A stretch of DNA of 32,000 nt from Crocosphaera sp. XPORK-15E (GTDB lineage Bacteria; Cyanobacteriota; Cyanobacteriia; Cyanobacteriales; Microcystaceae), in NCBI RefSeq assembly GCF_034931425.1, contig NZ_JAYGHQ010000019.1, forward strand, positions 54,216-86,215, read 5' to 3'. The translations under genes were made by a program, and so were the position numbers. Positions 1 through 8,340 of the stretch are shown piece by piece. Below the pieces are notes generated by a model, which was not told the DNA's origin, ran no database searches, and worked only from the letters and a program-made list of their open reading frames with translations. Within the stretch, counting starts at the first letter, position 1, and the number at the start of each line of letters is the position of its first letter.

Positions 1-435
1 TGTCCAGAGGCCACCCTAGAAGAAGTGATAAAAGCGGCTGAAATGGCGGGGGCTGACAAGTTTATTAAACAACTGCCTATGGGCTACGAAACCCGCATTG
101 GAGAAGGGGGCGGCTTGTTGTCTGGCGGACAACGGCAACGGTTAGCGATCGCCCGCGCCCTATTAGGAGATCCTCCCCTGCTAATTTTTGATGAGGCTAC
201 CAGTCATCTGGATTCTGAATCGGAACGACTGATACAAACCAACTTAGAAACCCTCTTGAGAGATCGTACCTCAATTGTCATCGCCCATCGCCTTTCCACA
301 GTACGGCGCGCCGATCTCATTCTGGTCTTAGATCAGGGGGTATTGGTGGAGAAGGGAACCCACGATCAATTAATTGCCAAACAGGGAACCTATTTCTATC
401 TCAATCAACAGCAATTAGCGGGAATTCCGACCTAG
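1..435 (+). CDS. ABC transporter ATP-binding domain, C-terminal part; the gene starts upstream of the window. Bacteriocin/peptide exporter type (HlyB/ComA-like).
   Basis: Frame 1 is open from nt 1. ABC signature LSGGQRQR and Walker [13 protein letters not shown], with H-loop IVIAHRL. An HlyD gene follows immediately. A C39 peptidase domain, if present, would lie outside the window. Confidence 0.9.
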   Translation, partial: CPEATLEEVIKAAEMAGADKFIKQLPMGYETRIGEGGGLLSGGQRQRLAIARALLGDPPLLIFDEATSHLDSESERLIQTNLETLLRDRTSIVIAHRLSTVRRADLILVLDQGVLVEKGTHDQLIAKQGTYFYLNQQQLAGIPT

Positions 436-493
436 ATCTCTGCCCTTAATTCCCCAAAATTAAGCCTTTTTTTAGCTATTCGGAGACAAAACT

Positions 494-2053
494 ATGACTA
501 GTTCCTACGACTTCAATAATAATCACAAAACTCCCCCATCGGGTTCCACCACCGCACCAACTCCCATTACTAATTATCAACCCCTTCCCCCTTCGACTCC
601 TCCTATCCCCTTAAAAGATCCCACTGAGGATTGGTCTTTAGCCACCAAAGACATAATCGATACCTTGCCCCAGGTTTGGACTAGGGGGTTACTGTATCTT
701 TTAGCAATTTTTGCTGGGGTGATTTTGCCCTGGTCAATGTTGGCGAAGGTGGATGAAACAGGAGAGGCGAGGGGAAAACTTGAACCCAAAGGCAACACCA
801 TCGACTTGGATGCCCCCGTAACAGGCAAAATAGCGGTGATTAATATTAAAGAGGGAGAACCCGTTAAAGCTGGTCAAGTCATCCTTGAATTGGACTCTGA
901 GTTAGTCAAAGCGGACCTTCAACAAGTTCGACAGAAACTGCAAGGGGAAATCAATCGTTTAGCCCAATTGGAGATCCAGAAAAACCAGTGGTTGATGGCA
1001 GTACAAACCCAAGGCTTACAAAATCAGTCCCAAGAATCAGAAAAACTGTCCCAAGTCGATCAAGCAAAGCAACATTTAGAGTCTTTAAGGGCTTCCTATG
1101 GCTTGCAACGGGCTGAAAAAGAAGCCAAAATTGCCCAAGTTAAACAAGCGATCAATGCCAGCGAAGCATCCTATCGATTAGCCAAAGTCCGTTTAGAAAT
1201 GGATCAAGAAAAACTCCCTCGATATCAGAGAGTTTTTAAAGAGGGAGCTATTTCTGAAGACCGATTTCTAGAGGTGGTTGCTTCTGAAAAAGAAAACACT
1301 GAAAACCTAGCTAAAGCTGAATCAGAAATTGCTCAAGCTCAGTCTGGTCTGTTGGAGCAGCAGGGCAACTACGAGACAATTTCCCATGAAGCGGCTTCGG
1401 AAATTGAACAGGCTGTATTGAGGTTACAAGAGCAAAAAAGAAGCTATAAAACCATGGTGCATTCTGGGAAATTGGCGTTATTAAAAAATCAAGAACAACT
1501 CAAAAATGTTGAAACAGAAATTATGAAGATTCAATCTTCTATTGCTGAAAATAAAAGTCAGATTACTTCTTTACAATTGCAGTTACAACAACGGGTGTTT
1601 CGCTCTCCCATTGATGGGACAATTTTTGAGATGCCAACCGATGAACCTGGACAAGTGGTGCAACCGGGTGAATTAGTCGCTCAAATTGCTCCCAAAGGTG
1701 TTCAGTTAGTGCTTCGGGCCCAAATGCCATCTTCCGAAAGTGGTTTTATGAAAGTGGGAATGCCAGTTAAAATCAAACTTGATGCTTATCCTTTCCAAGA
1801 GTATGGCATTTTAGAAGGACGTTTAGATTGGGTTTCTCCTGACTCTAAAGTTCAAGAAATGAAAGAAGGTAACTTGGAAACTTATGACATTAAAGTAACT
1901 TTTGATAAGCCCTATTTAGAAACTAAAGGGGAACTCATTCATCTCATTCCTGGTCAGGGTGCAACCGCAGAAGTTATTGTGCGTCAGCGTCGGGTAATTG
2001 ATTTTGTTCTTGATCCCTTTAAGAAGTTACAAGAAGGGGGCTTAGAACTTTAA
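494..2053 (+). CDS. HlyD-family membrane fusion / secretion protein (type I secretion adaptor)
   Basis: 519 aa. One N-terminal TM segment (LLYLLAIFAGVILPW), then a lipoyl-like hairpin (GKIAVINIKEGEPVKAGQVILELD), a long coiled coil and a C-terminal beta-barrel (DGTIFEM..GELVAQI). GGAGA Shine-Dalgarno about 8 nt upstream of the ATG. Confidence 0.9.
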   Translation: MTSSYDFNNNHKTPPSGSTTAPTPITNYQPLPPSTPPIPLKDPTEDWSLATKDIIDTLPQVWTRGLLYLLAIFAGVILPWSMLAKVDETGEARGKLEPKGNTIDLDAPVTGKIAVINIKEGEPVKAGQVILELDSELVKADLQQVRQKLQGEINRLAQLEIQKNQWLMAVQTQGLQNQSQESEKLSQVDQAKQHLESLRASYGLQRAEKEAKIAQVKQAINASEASYRLAKVRLEMDQEKLPRYQRVFKEGAISEDRFLEVVASEKENTENLAKAESEIAQAQSGLLEQQGNYETISHEAASEIEQAVLRLQEQKRSYKTMVHSGKLALLKNQEQLKNVETEIMKIQSSIAENKSQITSLQLQLQQRVFRSPIDGTIFEMPTDEPGQVVQPGELVAQIAPKGVQLVLRAQMPSSESGFMKVGMPVKIKLDAYPFQEYGILEGRLDWVSPDSKVQEMKEGNLETYDIKVTFDKPYLETKGELIHLIPGQGATAEVIVRQRRVIDFVLDPFKKLQEGGLEL

Positions 2054-2072
2054 ATTAATCCTGAATTTTTAT

Positions 2073-2089
2073 GGTAGACATTGTCTACC
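2073..2089. repeat. Short palindromic element (GGTAGACA-T-TGTCTACC followed by CTA), 20 nt 3' of hlyD
   Basis: 17-nt palindrome read directly. It belongs to the GTAGGG...CCCTAC-type family seen elsewhere in the window. Confidence 0.6.
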
Positions 2090-2143
2090 CTAGTTGTTCC
2101 TAAATAACCATCTTCTAATTATTAATTACAAGAGTTTTTCATC

Positions 2144-2905
2144 ATGTCAGAACTTATCATTTCTCTCGAAAAAGTCATCAAACAAGTTAAGTTTTCTTAT
2201 CAATTTACCCCCATTATTGAAGGAATAGCGGCTCGTCAAATTGTAGCTACGGTAGCTCAAGAAAAAGGAATTAAAGTTGAGGCCGAAGAACTGCAAAAAG
2301 GAGCCGATAGCATTCGACTAGCTAACCAACTTTTTAAACCAGAAGATACCTGGTCTTGGTTAGCAAAAAATGGACTTTCTTTAGATGAATTTGAAGAATT
2401 AGTCCACCATCAAATTCTGGCATCAAAGTTAGCAATGCACTTATTTTCTGAGCAAGTAGAACCATTTTTTGTCGCCAACCAACTTAATTGGACAAGAGCA
2501 GCTATTTATGAGGTTGTTCTCGATGATCAAGATTTAGCTATGGAATTATTTTATGCTCTCAGTGAAGAAGAAATTAGTTTTCCTGAAGTAGCACATCAAT
2601 ACATCGAAAATCCTGAAATTCGTCGTGTGGGAGGATACCGAGGACTCCTTAACCGTAAGCAACTTAAACCGGAAATTTCATCGGTTGTTTTTGCAGCAAC
2701 TCCCCCCCAAATTCTTAGACCTATTGTTACTTCTGTCGGGGTACATGTAATTTTAGTTGGGGAAATTATTCCCCCAAAATTAAATGAGCAATCTCATCAG
2801 CAAATCCTAGGAGAGTTATTTAATCAATGGTTAAAAACAAAAATCTCTAAGATTGAATTAATTGATCAAACAAGAGCTTTAGAAAAATTGAGTTCTGCTG
2901 ATTGA
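2144..2905 (+). CDS. Parvulin-type peptidyl-prolyl isomerase-like protein (SurA/NifM/PpiC-like)
   Basis: 253 aa. The C-terminal part (GGYRGLLNRKQLKPEISSVVFAATPPQILRPIVTSVGVHVILVGEI) looks like a parvulin rotamase fold. It is co-oriented directly after ABC-HlyD, as in cyanobacterial bacteriocin export clusters. Confidence 0.65.
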   Translation: MSELIISLEKVIKQVKFSYQFTPIIEGIAARQIVATVAQEKGIKVEAEELQKGADSIRLANQLFKPEDTWSWLAKNGLSLDEFEELVHHQILASKLAMHLFSEQVEPFFVANQLNWTRAAIYEVVLDDQDLAMELFYALSEEEISFPEVAHQYIENPEIRRVGGYRGLLNRKQLKPEISSVVFAATPPQILRPIVTSVGVHVILVGEIIPPKLNEQSHQQILGELFNQWLKTKISKIELIDQTRALEKLSSAD

Positions 2906-2922
2906 TTAGGTAATTAAAGTAT

Positions 2923-2959
2923 AACCCCCCGAAACAAGGGGGTTGGATAAATTTTTTTC
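2923..2959 (+). terminator. Candidate intrinsic terminator after the PPIase-like gene
   Basis: AACCCCC ... GGGGGTT stem (7 bp) followed about 10 nt later by a T7 run (2953-2959). The spacing to the T-run is longer than ideal. Confidence 0.35.
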
Positions 2960-4090
2960 ATGAAAACACTTACTAAAAACCTATTATTATCTTTCGGTGT
3001 TATCGCTGGAAGTTTGACAAGTATCGTTACTCCTAGTAAGGCTGTAACTCTCGCTAAAGCACAAGGTAGTCTTGAATTTACGAACTTTAGTCATATCCCT
3101 CAAGAAGTGGCTACATTTCAATCAGCTTTTGCTTATATTTTAACACAGGAGGAACAGAATTTGACTGTTGTTACTTCAACACCTATGTTTGTTACAGGTT
3201 TATCAAATATTTTTTTTCACCCATCTTCCACCAAAATACCTGCTAATCTAATCTCACTTCCTGGAGTAAATTTAGTTACTGCTCCGTTAGGGTTTAACTC
3301 AGTTTCTGGTTTAACAATGGGGAGTAATCAATTAGTTTATTCTAGCTTAAACCCAGAGCAACTTCTATCTGTTAATTTAAGTTCTCAAAGTCTAGTTTCT
3401 GTTAGTAATATTCCCCATATTGTCTCAACCACTGGTCAATCTGCTTTTAACGCAACTTTTTACTTAGAACCAGAAGACAGATTTTCCTTTGATTTTAACT
3501 CTTATTTAAACTTAGAAACTGACCATAGTTTGCCTTACATTGAACAGGCAAAAGTAGACGAAGAACAGGTTATCTATTTTTCTGCTTATCCTGCTGATAT
3601 GAACATTAATAATGAGTTTTTATTTTTCGCTTTTTATCCTCACATGAAAATATCTGCTAGTAATTCTAACATCGATGTTGGCTTATTACAAATAGACGGG
3701 CATTTATCAGAGGATAGCAATTACTCACTAGAAGTCAATGGTAATGGAAATCCTTTAAATTTTTCAGACTACTTCAAATTTGAACAGAACCAAAATTCAG
3801 AGAATAATTCTCAAGGAATATTTCAATATGTTGCCGAACAATCTACTATTATAACGGTCGCAGCCTATATCTCTAGTAATGCTTTCTCAAGTCATTTTTT
3901 CGTTCCAGAAGCCCTGCCCTCCAAACAATCTGTTACAATTTCTGAACCCTCGATAAGTAAACCACTATTTTATTTTTGTATAATGGTTTTAGGGGGGAAA
4001 TATACAAGAGTAGTTTTCAAATTACTCTTGTATATTCCAGGTATTGATTCATTCCAGAGAAAGTTAGTTTCTATGAAGCATAAAAAGTAA
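2960..4090 (+). CDS. Secreted hypothetical protein with a possibly degenerate PEP-CTERM-like tail
   Basis: 376 aa. N-terminal signal peptide (MKTLTKNLLLSFGVIAGSLTSIVTPSKA). S/N/T-rich body. C-terminus ..VPEALPS..ISEPSISKPLFYFCIMVLGGKYTR.. resembles PEP + TM + basic. The last ~90 nt contain a perfect 12-bp hairpin, so the true 3' end is uncertain. Confidence 0.6.
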   Translation: MKTLTKNLLLSFGVIAGSLTSIVTPSKAVTLAKAQGSLEFTNFSHIPQEVATFQSAFAYILTQEEQNLTVVTSTPMFVTGLSNIFFHPSSTKIPANLISLPGVNLVTAPLGFNSVSGLTMGSNQLVYSSLNPEQLLSVNLSSQSLVSVSNIPHIVSTTGQSAFNATFYLEPEDRFSFDFNSYLNLETDHSLPYIEQAKVDEEQVIYFSAYPADMNINNEFLFFAFYPHMKISASNSNIDVGLLQIDGHLSEDSNYSLEVNGNGNPLNFSDYFKFEQNQNSENNSQGIFQYVAEQSTIITVAAYISSNAFSSHFFVPEALPSKQSVTISEPSISKPLFYFCIMVLGGKYTRVVFKLLLYIPGIDSFQRKLVSMKHKK

Positions 4091-4118
4091 CCTTCCTTTT
4101 AATTGTTAAATCAATCTA

Positions 4119-4406
4119 TTAATATGCGGTGGGATACTTAACAGGAAGCCCAAAGAAGCTACCAACTCCACCTAATAAGCCGGGAATGACAATACCTCCA
4201 TATCCACCGTAACCTATAGCAGCACCTAATGCTGGACCGATGGAACTTGGGCCACCTAAGGGAGTAAAGCCAACCAGTAGTTCAAAGGCAGGGGCAGCAC
4301 CAAAAAGGCTATCAATTATACTACCACCGATAACGGTAGTAATTTCAGCAGATTCCATTTCAGCTAAGAAGCTAGGACGTAATTCAAGAACAGCGATAGA
4401 AGCCAT
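4119..4406 (-). CDS. Double-glycine-leader, glycine-rich bacteriocin-like precursor peptide (95 aa from ATG 4406; the ORF track extends to a TTG at 4439)
   Basis: The leader MASIAVLELRPSFLAEMESAEITTVIGG fits the double-Gly consensus: G-1, G-2, V-4, I-7, E-8, M-12. The 67-aa core has no Cys and is Gly/Ala/Pro-rich (..GYGGYGGIVIPGLLGGVGSFFG..). GGAG lies 8 nt upstream of ATG 4406. It lies 2 kb from the ABC/HlyD exporter. Confidence 0.75.
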   Translation of the reverse strand: MASIAVLELRPSFLAEMESAEITTVIGGSIIDSLFGAAPAFELLVGFTPLGGPSSIGPALGAAIGYGGYGGIVIPGLLGGVGSFFGLPVKYPTAY

Positions 4407-4834
4407 GATATTTACTCCAAGAAAATCAGAAATTGTCAACTTTGTTTAAACTCGGAATTGAACATTTATTTGTTAATTCCTAACTCTTATTATTATTGAT
4501 TTTTCTGGTATCGTCAATATTTTTAGCCCATTAAAATGGTTCACAACTAGAGTAATTATGTCATGTTTTTTGGTAAATATTTTATTTTAAACAGTCTTTT
4601 TGTTCTAGTCAGTGACCGAACACAAACAAAAAAATAGGACAAGGTTAAAAACTATTAAAGAGGTTGAAACGCTCTACTATTCTTGGTTTCCTGTCACTAA
4701 TTCCCTAACTTAACAGTTAACTGTATAATTTTGTCCGACTACTTAAAGGGGATAATCAGCTTAGGACATAAATCAAGGAATTATGTCTCAATCAATTGAC
4801 AACTCTCACCGTTAACTAAATATTGAGTGTTTTG

Positions 4835-4862
4835 GTAGGGTCAATTCATGAATTGACCCTAC
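4835..4862. repeat. 28-nt perfect palindrome GTAGGGTCAATTCATGAATTGACCCTAC, 26 nt 3' of rsgA
   Basis: Read directly. It is self-complementary over its full length. A related copy lies at 24993-25020. Confidence 0.85.
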
Positions 4863-4887
4863 GGGCAGTGCTGGTGCGTAAGTCCGG

Positions 4888-6060
4888 TTAATCCGTATCT
4901 TCTTCTTCAAGCTCTTTTAAACTTTGATTTTCGTACAATTCCTGTAAGTTTTGCTGTTTTTCTCGACGGGAAGACCGACGATATTTTTTGCTTTCTAATT
5001 TAGGTTCATAAGATTCTTGACCTGCTCCTTTTATTTTTAACTTTAAAGTTGATTCTTTGTCCCCTATTTTTTGGTTTGATTCTTGTTGAGATATGGCTTC
5101 TTCTAAAAATTTTAAATAATGGTCATACCGTTCCCAATTTTGTTCAATAACACAGTTAGGTTCACCACGATGTAAACAGTCTTTAAACTGACAATTTCCC
5201 TGTTTTAACGGTTGCTTAGCTTCAGGAAAATACTCAATTAATTGGGGTGGATTACACTCTAAATTAGGTTGATTAAATCCAGGTGTATCTGCAACTAATC
5301 CCCCTGCTGGCAATTCAAATAATTCGACGTGACGGGTAGTATGACGACCTTTTTGCAATTTACCAGAAACTTTATTGACCCGTTGTTTAATATTAGGAAT
5401 TAATGTATTAATCAAACTAGATTTACCAACTCCTGATGGCCCTGCTAAGATGGTAATTTTATCCCGTAAACAGTTTTTAAGCTCATCTAATCCTTGTCCT
5501 GTCATCGTACTAATAAATAACGGATTATAGCCCCATTTTTGTAGACGTTCCTGCCATTCTTTTTGTAGAGTAGATGGCATTAAATCAGCTTTATTTAGAC
5601 ATAAACATGAGGGTAGATTAGTGGACTCTGCTTTAACTAAAAAACGACTTAATTGCCAGGGTTCTAACGGGGGTTCTTCTAACGCAAATACTAAGAGAAT
5701 TTGGTCAGCATTGGCCACGGGAGGCCGGGATAATTCGGTTTTGCGGGGTAAAACTTGGGCGATCGCACCTCGTCCATCTTGATAGTCCGGTTCTTCAACC
5801 ATCACGCGATCGCCTACCATGATATTTTGACCAATTTTCTTTAAGCGAGTGCGTCGGGTACAGAGTAAATGGGAGAGTGGGGAACCATTTTGATCCTTTA
5901 AGGTGTGATCTAAACGTACCTGATAAAAATTAGCCTGTACTGCTACCACTGTCCCGAAAATCTCGAAGACAGGAGGAATGGAAAATTGGTCTGTTGGAGT
6001 CACATCATGCACGACGCACTTTAAGAGAAAAGAATGTCTGACGATCTTCAATGGTTTCAA
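4888..6060 (-). CDS. rsgA: Ribosome small-subunit-dependent GTPase A
   Basis: OB-fold N-terminus (GTVVAVQANFYQVRL). Circularly permuted GTPase motifs NKADL (G4) then GPSGVGKSSLIN (G1). C-terminal zinc-finger Cys/His cluster (CQFKDCLHRGEPNC). The ATG at 6060 overlaps the tusA-like gene by 56 nt; in-frame GTGs at 6012 and 6003 are alternative starts. Confidence 0.9.
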   Translation of the reverse strand: MKPLKIVRHSFLLKCVVHDVTPTDQFSIPPVFEIFGTVVAVQANFYQVRLDHTLKDQNGSPLSHLLCTRRTRLKKIGQNIMVGDRVMVEEPDYQDGRGAIAQVLPRKTELSRPPVANADQILLVFALEEPPLEPWQLSRFLVKAESTNLPSCLCLNKADLMPSTLQKEWQERLQKWGYNPLFISTMTGQGLDELKNCLRDKITILAGPSGVGKSSLINTLIPNIKQRVNKVSGKLQKGRHTTRHVELFELPAGGLVADTPGFNQPNLECNPPQLIEYFPEAKQPLKQGNCQFKDCLHRGEPNCVIEQNWERYDHYLKFLEEAISQQESNQKIGDKESTLKLKIKGAGQESYEPKLESKKYRRSSRREKQQNLQELYENQSLKELEEEDTD

Positions 6061-6244
6061 TGTGATACCCTTCCATCGTCAAACTGTCGGGAACCTGTTC
6101 AATGGGTTCTCCTGGATCTAACCATACTTCCAAGACCTGATCAGAGGACATTTGCTCTAATTTTAGTTTAGTGCGAACGAAGTTAATGGGGCAGGGGGTT
6201 CCCCGTAGATCCAATAAAAAGACTTCAGCAGTAGGGAGGTTCAT
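6005..6244 (-). CDS. TusA/SirA-like sulfurtransferase-fold protein
   Basis: 79 aa with the [12 protein letters not shown] motif (CPxP). ATGA start/stop overlap with dnaJ at 6241-6244. Confidence 0.8.
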   Translation of the reverse strand: MNLPTAEVFLLDLRGTPCPINFVRTKLKLEQMSSDQVLEVWLDPGEPIEQVPDSLTMEGYHIETIEDRQTFFSLKVRRA

Positions 6245-7371
6245 TTATGGAATAAGCCTCCTAAAAAGCCTTCTATTCCCCCTTTACCGTGACTATGACC
6301 CTTAATATGGGCTAATTTTTCTAAAAGTTCCCGTTCCTCTGCATTGATCCGGGTGGGGATATCAATTGTAATGGTGATCAGATGATCGCCCCGCATAGTT
6401 GCATTTCCCAGTTTAGGAACCCCTAAATTTTCCATGGTTAACACCGTATTGGGTTGAGTTCCTGCGGGAATGATTAATTCTTGTTCTCCATCAACGGTAT
6501 TGACAGGAACGGTACATCCTAAAATTGCTTGCAGATAACTGATAGTAATTTCAGAATGAATATTCATCCCATCGCGGGTAAATTCTCTGTCAGGTTCGAC
6601 ATAGAGATAAACGTAAAGATCCCCAGATGGGCCACCTCTCACCCCTGCATCTCCTTCACGGGACACTCTGAGACGGGTTCCGTTATCAACCCCCCCAGGA
6701 ATGGTGATTTTCAGCTTTTTGGTTTCTTGTCTACGTCCGGCCCCACCACAGACTTCGCATTTTTCTTCAATTACTTCTCCACTGCCGTTACAACTGGGAC
6801 AGGCGGAAACTTGGGCAAAACTGCCAAAAGGGGTACGGGTGGCGCGGCGGACTTGTCCTTGACCGTTGCAAGTGGAACAGGTACGAGATCCGGTTCCTGG
6901 TTTGGCCCCGTTACCTTTACAAACTTGACAACTTTCGAGATGAGGGATGCGAATTTCTTTTTCTCCCCCAAATACTGCTTCACGGAAGTCTAATTTGAGG
7001 TCGAGGCGTAAATCATCCCCTTTACTGGGGCCACTTCGACGGCGTGTGGTTCCGGTTGTTGCACCACCTCCAAACCCACTAAAAATGGTTTCAAAGATGT
7101 CGGCAAAACCTCCCATGTCGCCCATATCGCCGTAGTTGAAGCCTCCCGCGCCACTGACTCCTGCTTCTCCAAACTGATCGTAACGACTACGAGTTTCTGG
7201 TTCGGATAGCACTTCGTAAGCGCGATTAATTTCTTTAAAGCGTTCTTCGGCTCCTGGTTCTTTGTTAACATCAGGATGATATTTCCGCGCTAGACGGCGG
7301 TATGCTTGTTTTAGGTCTTCTTTACTGGCGTTACGGGCAACCCCAAGAGTTTCGTAGTAGTCACCTGGCAT
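6241..7371 (-). CDS. dnaJ: Molecular chaperone DnaJ (type I Hsp40)
   Basis: J domain with HPD (YYETLGV...KYHPDVN), a G/F-rich linker, and four CxxCxGxG zinc-finger repeats ([32 protein letters not shown]). Confidence 0.97.
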   Translation of the reverse strand: MPGDYYETLGVARNASKEDLKQAYRRLARKYHPDVNKEPGAEERFKEINRAYEVLSEPETRSRYDQFGEAGVSGAGGFNYGDMGDMGGFADIFETIFSGFGGGATTGTTRRRSGPSKGDDLRLDLKLDFREAVFGGEKEIRIPHLESCQVCKGNGAKPGTGSRTCSTCNGQGQVRRATRTPFGSFAQVSACPSCNGSGEVIEEKCEVCGGAGRRQETKKLKITIPGGVDNGTRLRVSREGDAGVRGGPSGDLYVYLYVEPDREFTRDGMNIHSEITISYLQAILGCTVPVNTVDGEQELIIPAGTQPNTVLTMENLGVPKLGNATMRGDHLITITIDIPTRINAEERELLEKLAHIKGHSHGKGGIEGFLGGLFHK

Positions 7372-7549
7372 AGAGCTTTGATCGAGTAAGTTGTGCGGTT
7401 GAGTTGAGTGATTGGCCTAGTGTTACTTTAGCAAATTATTGTGAAGAAAACATCAATAAGAATTCTTTTTCTCTAAAATGTAGATGACTTGAGTTTTGCT
7501 AATATTCCATACTGGGTCTGGTTTTGAGGCAAATAAGGGAGATTGAATC

Positions 7550-8020
7550 ATGAGTGATCCATTAACCGCAGGTTTACTTGTAACCTTGCCTGTACAGGAA
7601 TTTGTCAAGTCTGGGACGGAAGATTTGACTAAACGTTTTACCGCAGAGGCGATCGCAAAAATTCCTGTATTATGGGGCAAGATTAAAGCCCGATTAACGG
7701 GAAAATCTCCTAAAGTTGATGAGGCATTGGTTAAAGTGGAAGGGGGCGACAGTGCGGCCATTGAAACTATTACTAAAAATCTTGATGTGGTGTTGGATGA
7801 CGACCCCATTTTTGCTGAGGAATTACAACTTTTAGCCAAGGACATTAAAGCAGGGGAACTCAGACAAGTAGGATTAGAAAATGTTGAGGCGGGTGAATTA
7901 GATGCAGAGGTTGATCAACAGGTAAAGGGACAACCAACGGCTAATACTGAACAAATTGGAGCAACTGGGTTGAAAGTTACGGGAAAAGCGACGATTAAAA
8001 CTAAGCAAAGTATTGAGTAG
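7550..8020 (+). CDS. Hypothetical helical protein with a C-terminal tandem Q/G-rich motif. Candidate Bell-like effector partner of the downstream NLR-like ATPase.
   Basis: 156 aa. GGGAG Shine-Dalgarno about 9 nt upstream. Hydrophobic N-terminus (DPLTAGLLVTLPV), amphipathic middle, and a C-terminus with two motif copies (aa 105-124 and 134-156). The stop is 5 nt before the MNT start. Function is inferred only. Confidence 0.7.
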   Translation: MSDPLTAGLLVTLPVQEFVKSGTEDLTKRFTAEAIAKIPVLWGKIKARLTGKSPKVDEALVKVEGGDSAAIETITKNLDVVLDDDPIFAEELQLLAKDIKAGELRQVGLENVEAGELDAEVDQQVKGQPTANTEQIGATGLKVTGKATIKTKQSIE

Positions 8021-8025
8021 AATTT

Positions 8026-8340
8026 ATGAAACTGGCTATTTCTTTGCCAATGGAAGAATTGCAAACATTTTGTCAGCATTGGCAGATTCAAGAATTGGCA
8101 GTGTTTGGCTCAATTTTACGGGATGATTTTCGTCTGGATACAAGTGATGTGGATTTTTTAGCTGTGTTTGAACCTTCTTGTCGTTGGAGTTTGTTGGATA
8201 GAGTACGCATGGAAAGCGATTTAGAAAAGTTGCTTGATCGTCCAGTGGATTTATTAGACAGAGAAGAAATAGAACAGAGTCCTAATTGGTTACGTCGTCA
8301 AACTATTCTTAAATCAGCCAGAATTATTTATGCCGCGTGA
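8026..8340 (+). CDS. Minimal nucleotidyltransferase (MNT) antitoxin-type protein
   Basis: 104 aa. GS-x-RDD...DVDFLAV nucleotidyltransferase motif (FGSILRDDFRLDTSDVDF). 11-nt overlap with the downstream HEPN gene. Confidence 0.88.
   Translation: MKLAISLPMEELQTFCQHWQIQELAVFGSILRDDFRLDTSDVDFLAVFEPSCRWSLLDRVRMESDLEKLLDRPVDLLDREEIEQSPNWLRRQTILKSARIIYAA

Noticed and set aside
577-828. 83-aa minus-strand ORF within hlyD. The same applies to similar antisense ORFs at 8354-8602, 12525-12737, 15135-15443, 17384-17590, 20873-21055, 21546-22379, 23966-24169, 27309-27515, 27715-27915, 29758-29979 and 30519-30734.
   Set aside because: All are embedded in, or antisense to, longer ORFs with clear family motifs. 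None has independent support.
4240-4449. 69-aa plus-strand ORF overlapping the glycine-rich peptide gene
   Set aside because: It is antisense to an ORF that has a ribosome-binding site and a textbook double-glycine leader. Its own product (P/K/S-rich) has no features and no ribosome-binding site.
4450-4887. Long AT-rich intergenic region checked for tRNA, small RNA or additional GG-leader peptides
   Set aside because: I could find no cloverleaf-compatible sequence, only trivially short ORFs (10 aa or fewer), and no further double-glycine leader. It most likely holds the peptide promoter region plus the rsgA 3' palindrome.
6529-7271. Several ORFs (6529-6993 +, 6771-6983 -, 6947-7135 +, 6990-7271 -) inside dnaJ
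   Set aside because: They are alternative-frame or antisense ORFs within an unambiguous DnaJ coding sequence. They are typical shadows of the Gly/Cys-rich region.
7453-7845. 130-aa minus-strand ORF overlapping the 156-aa gene
   Set aside because: It is antisense to the plus-strand ORF, which has a strong GGGAG ribosome-binding site and sits in a tight operon. Its product is Ser/Asn-rich low-complexity sequence with no start context.
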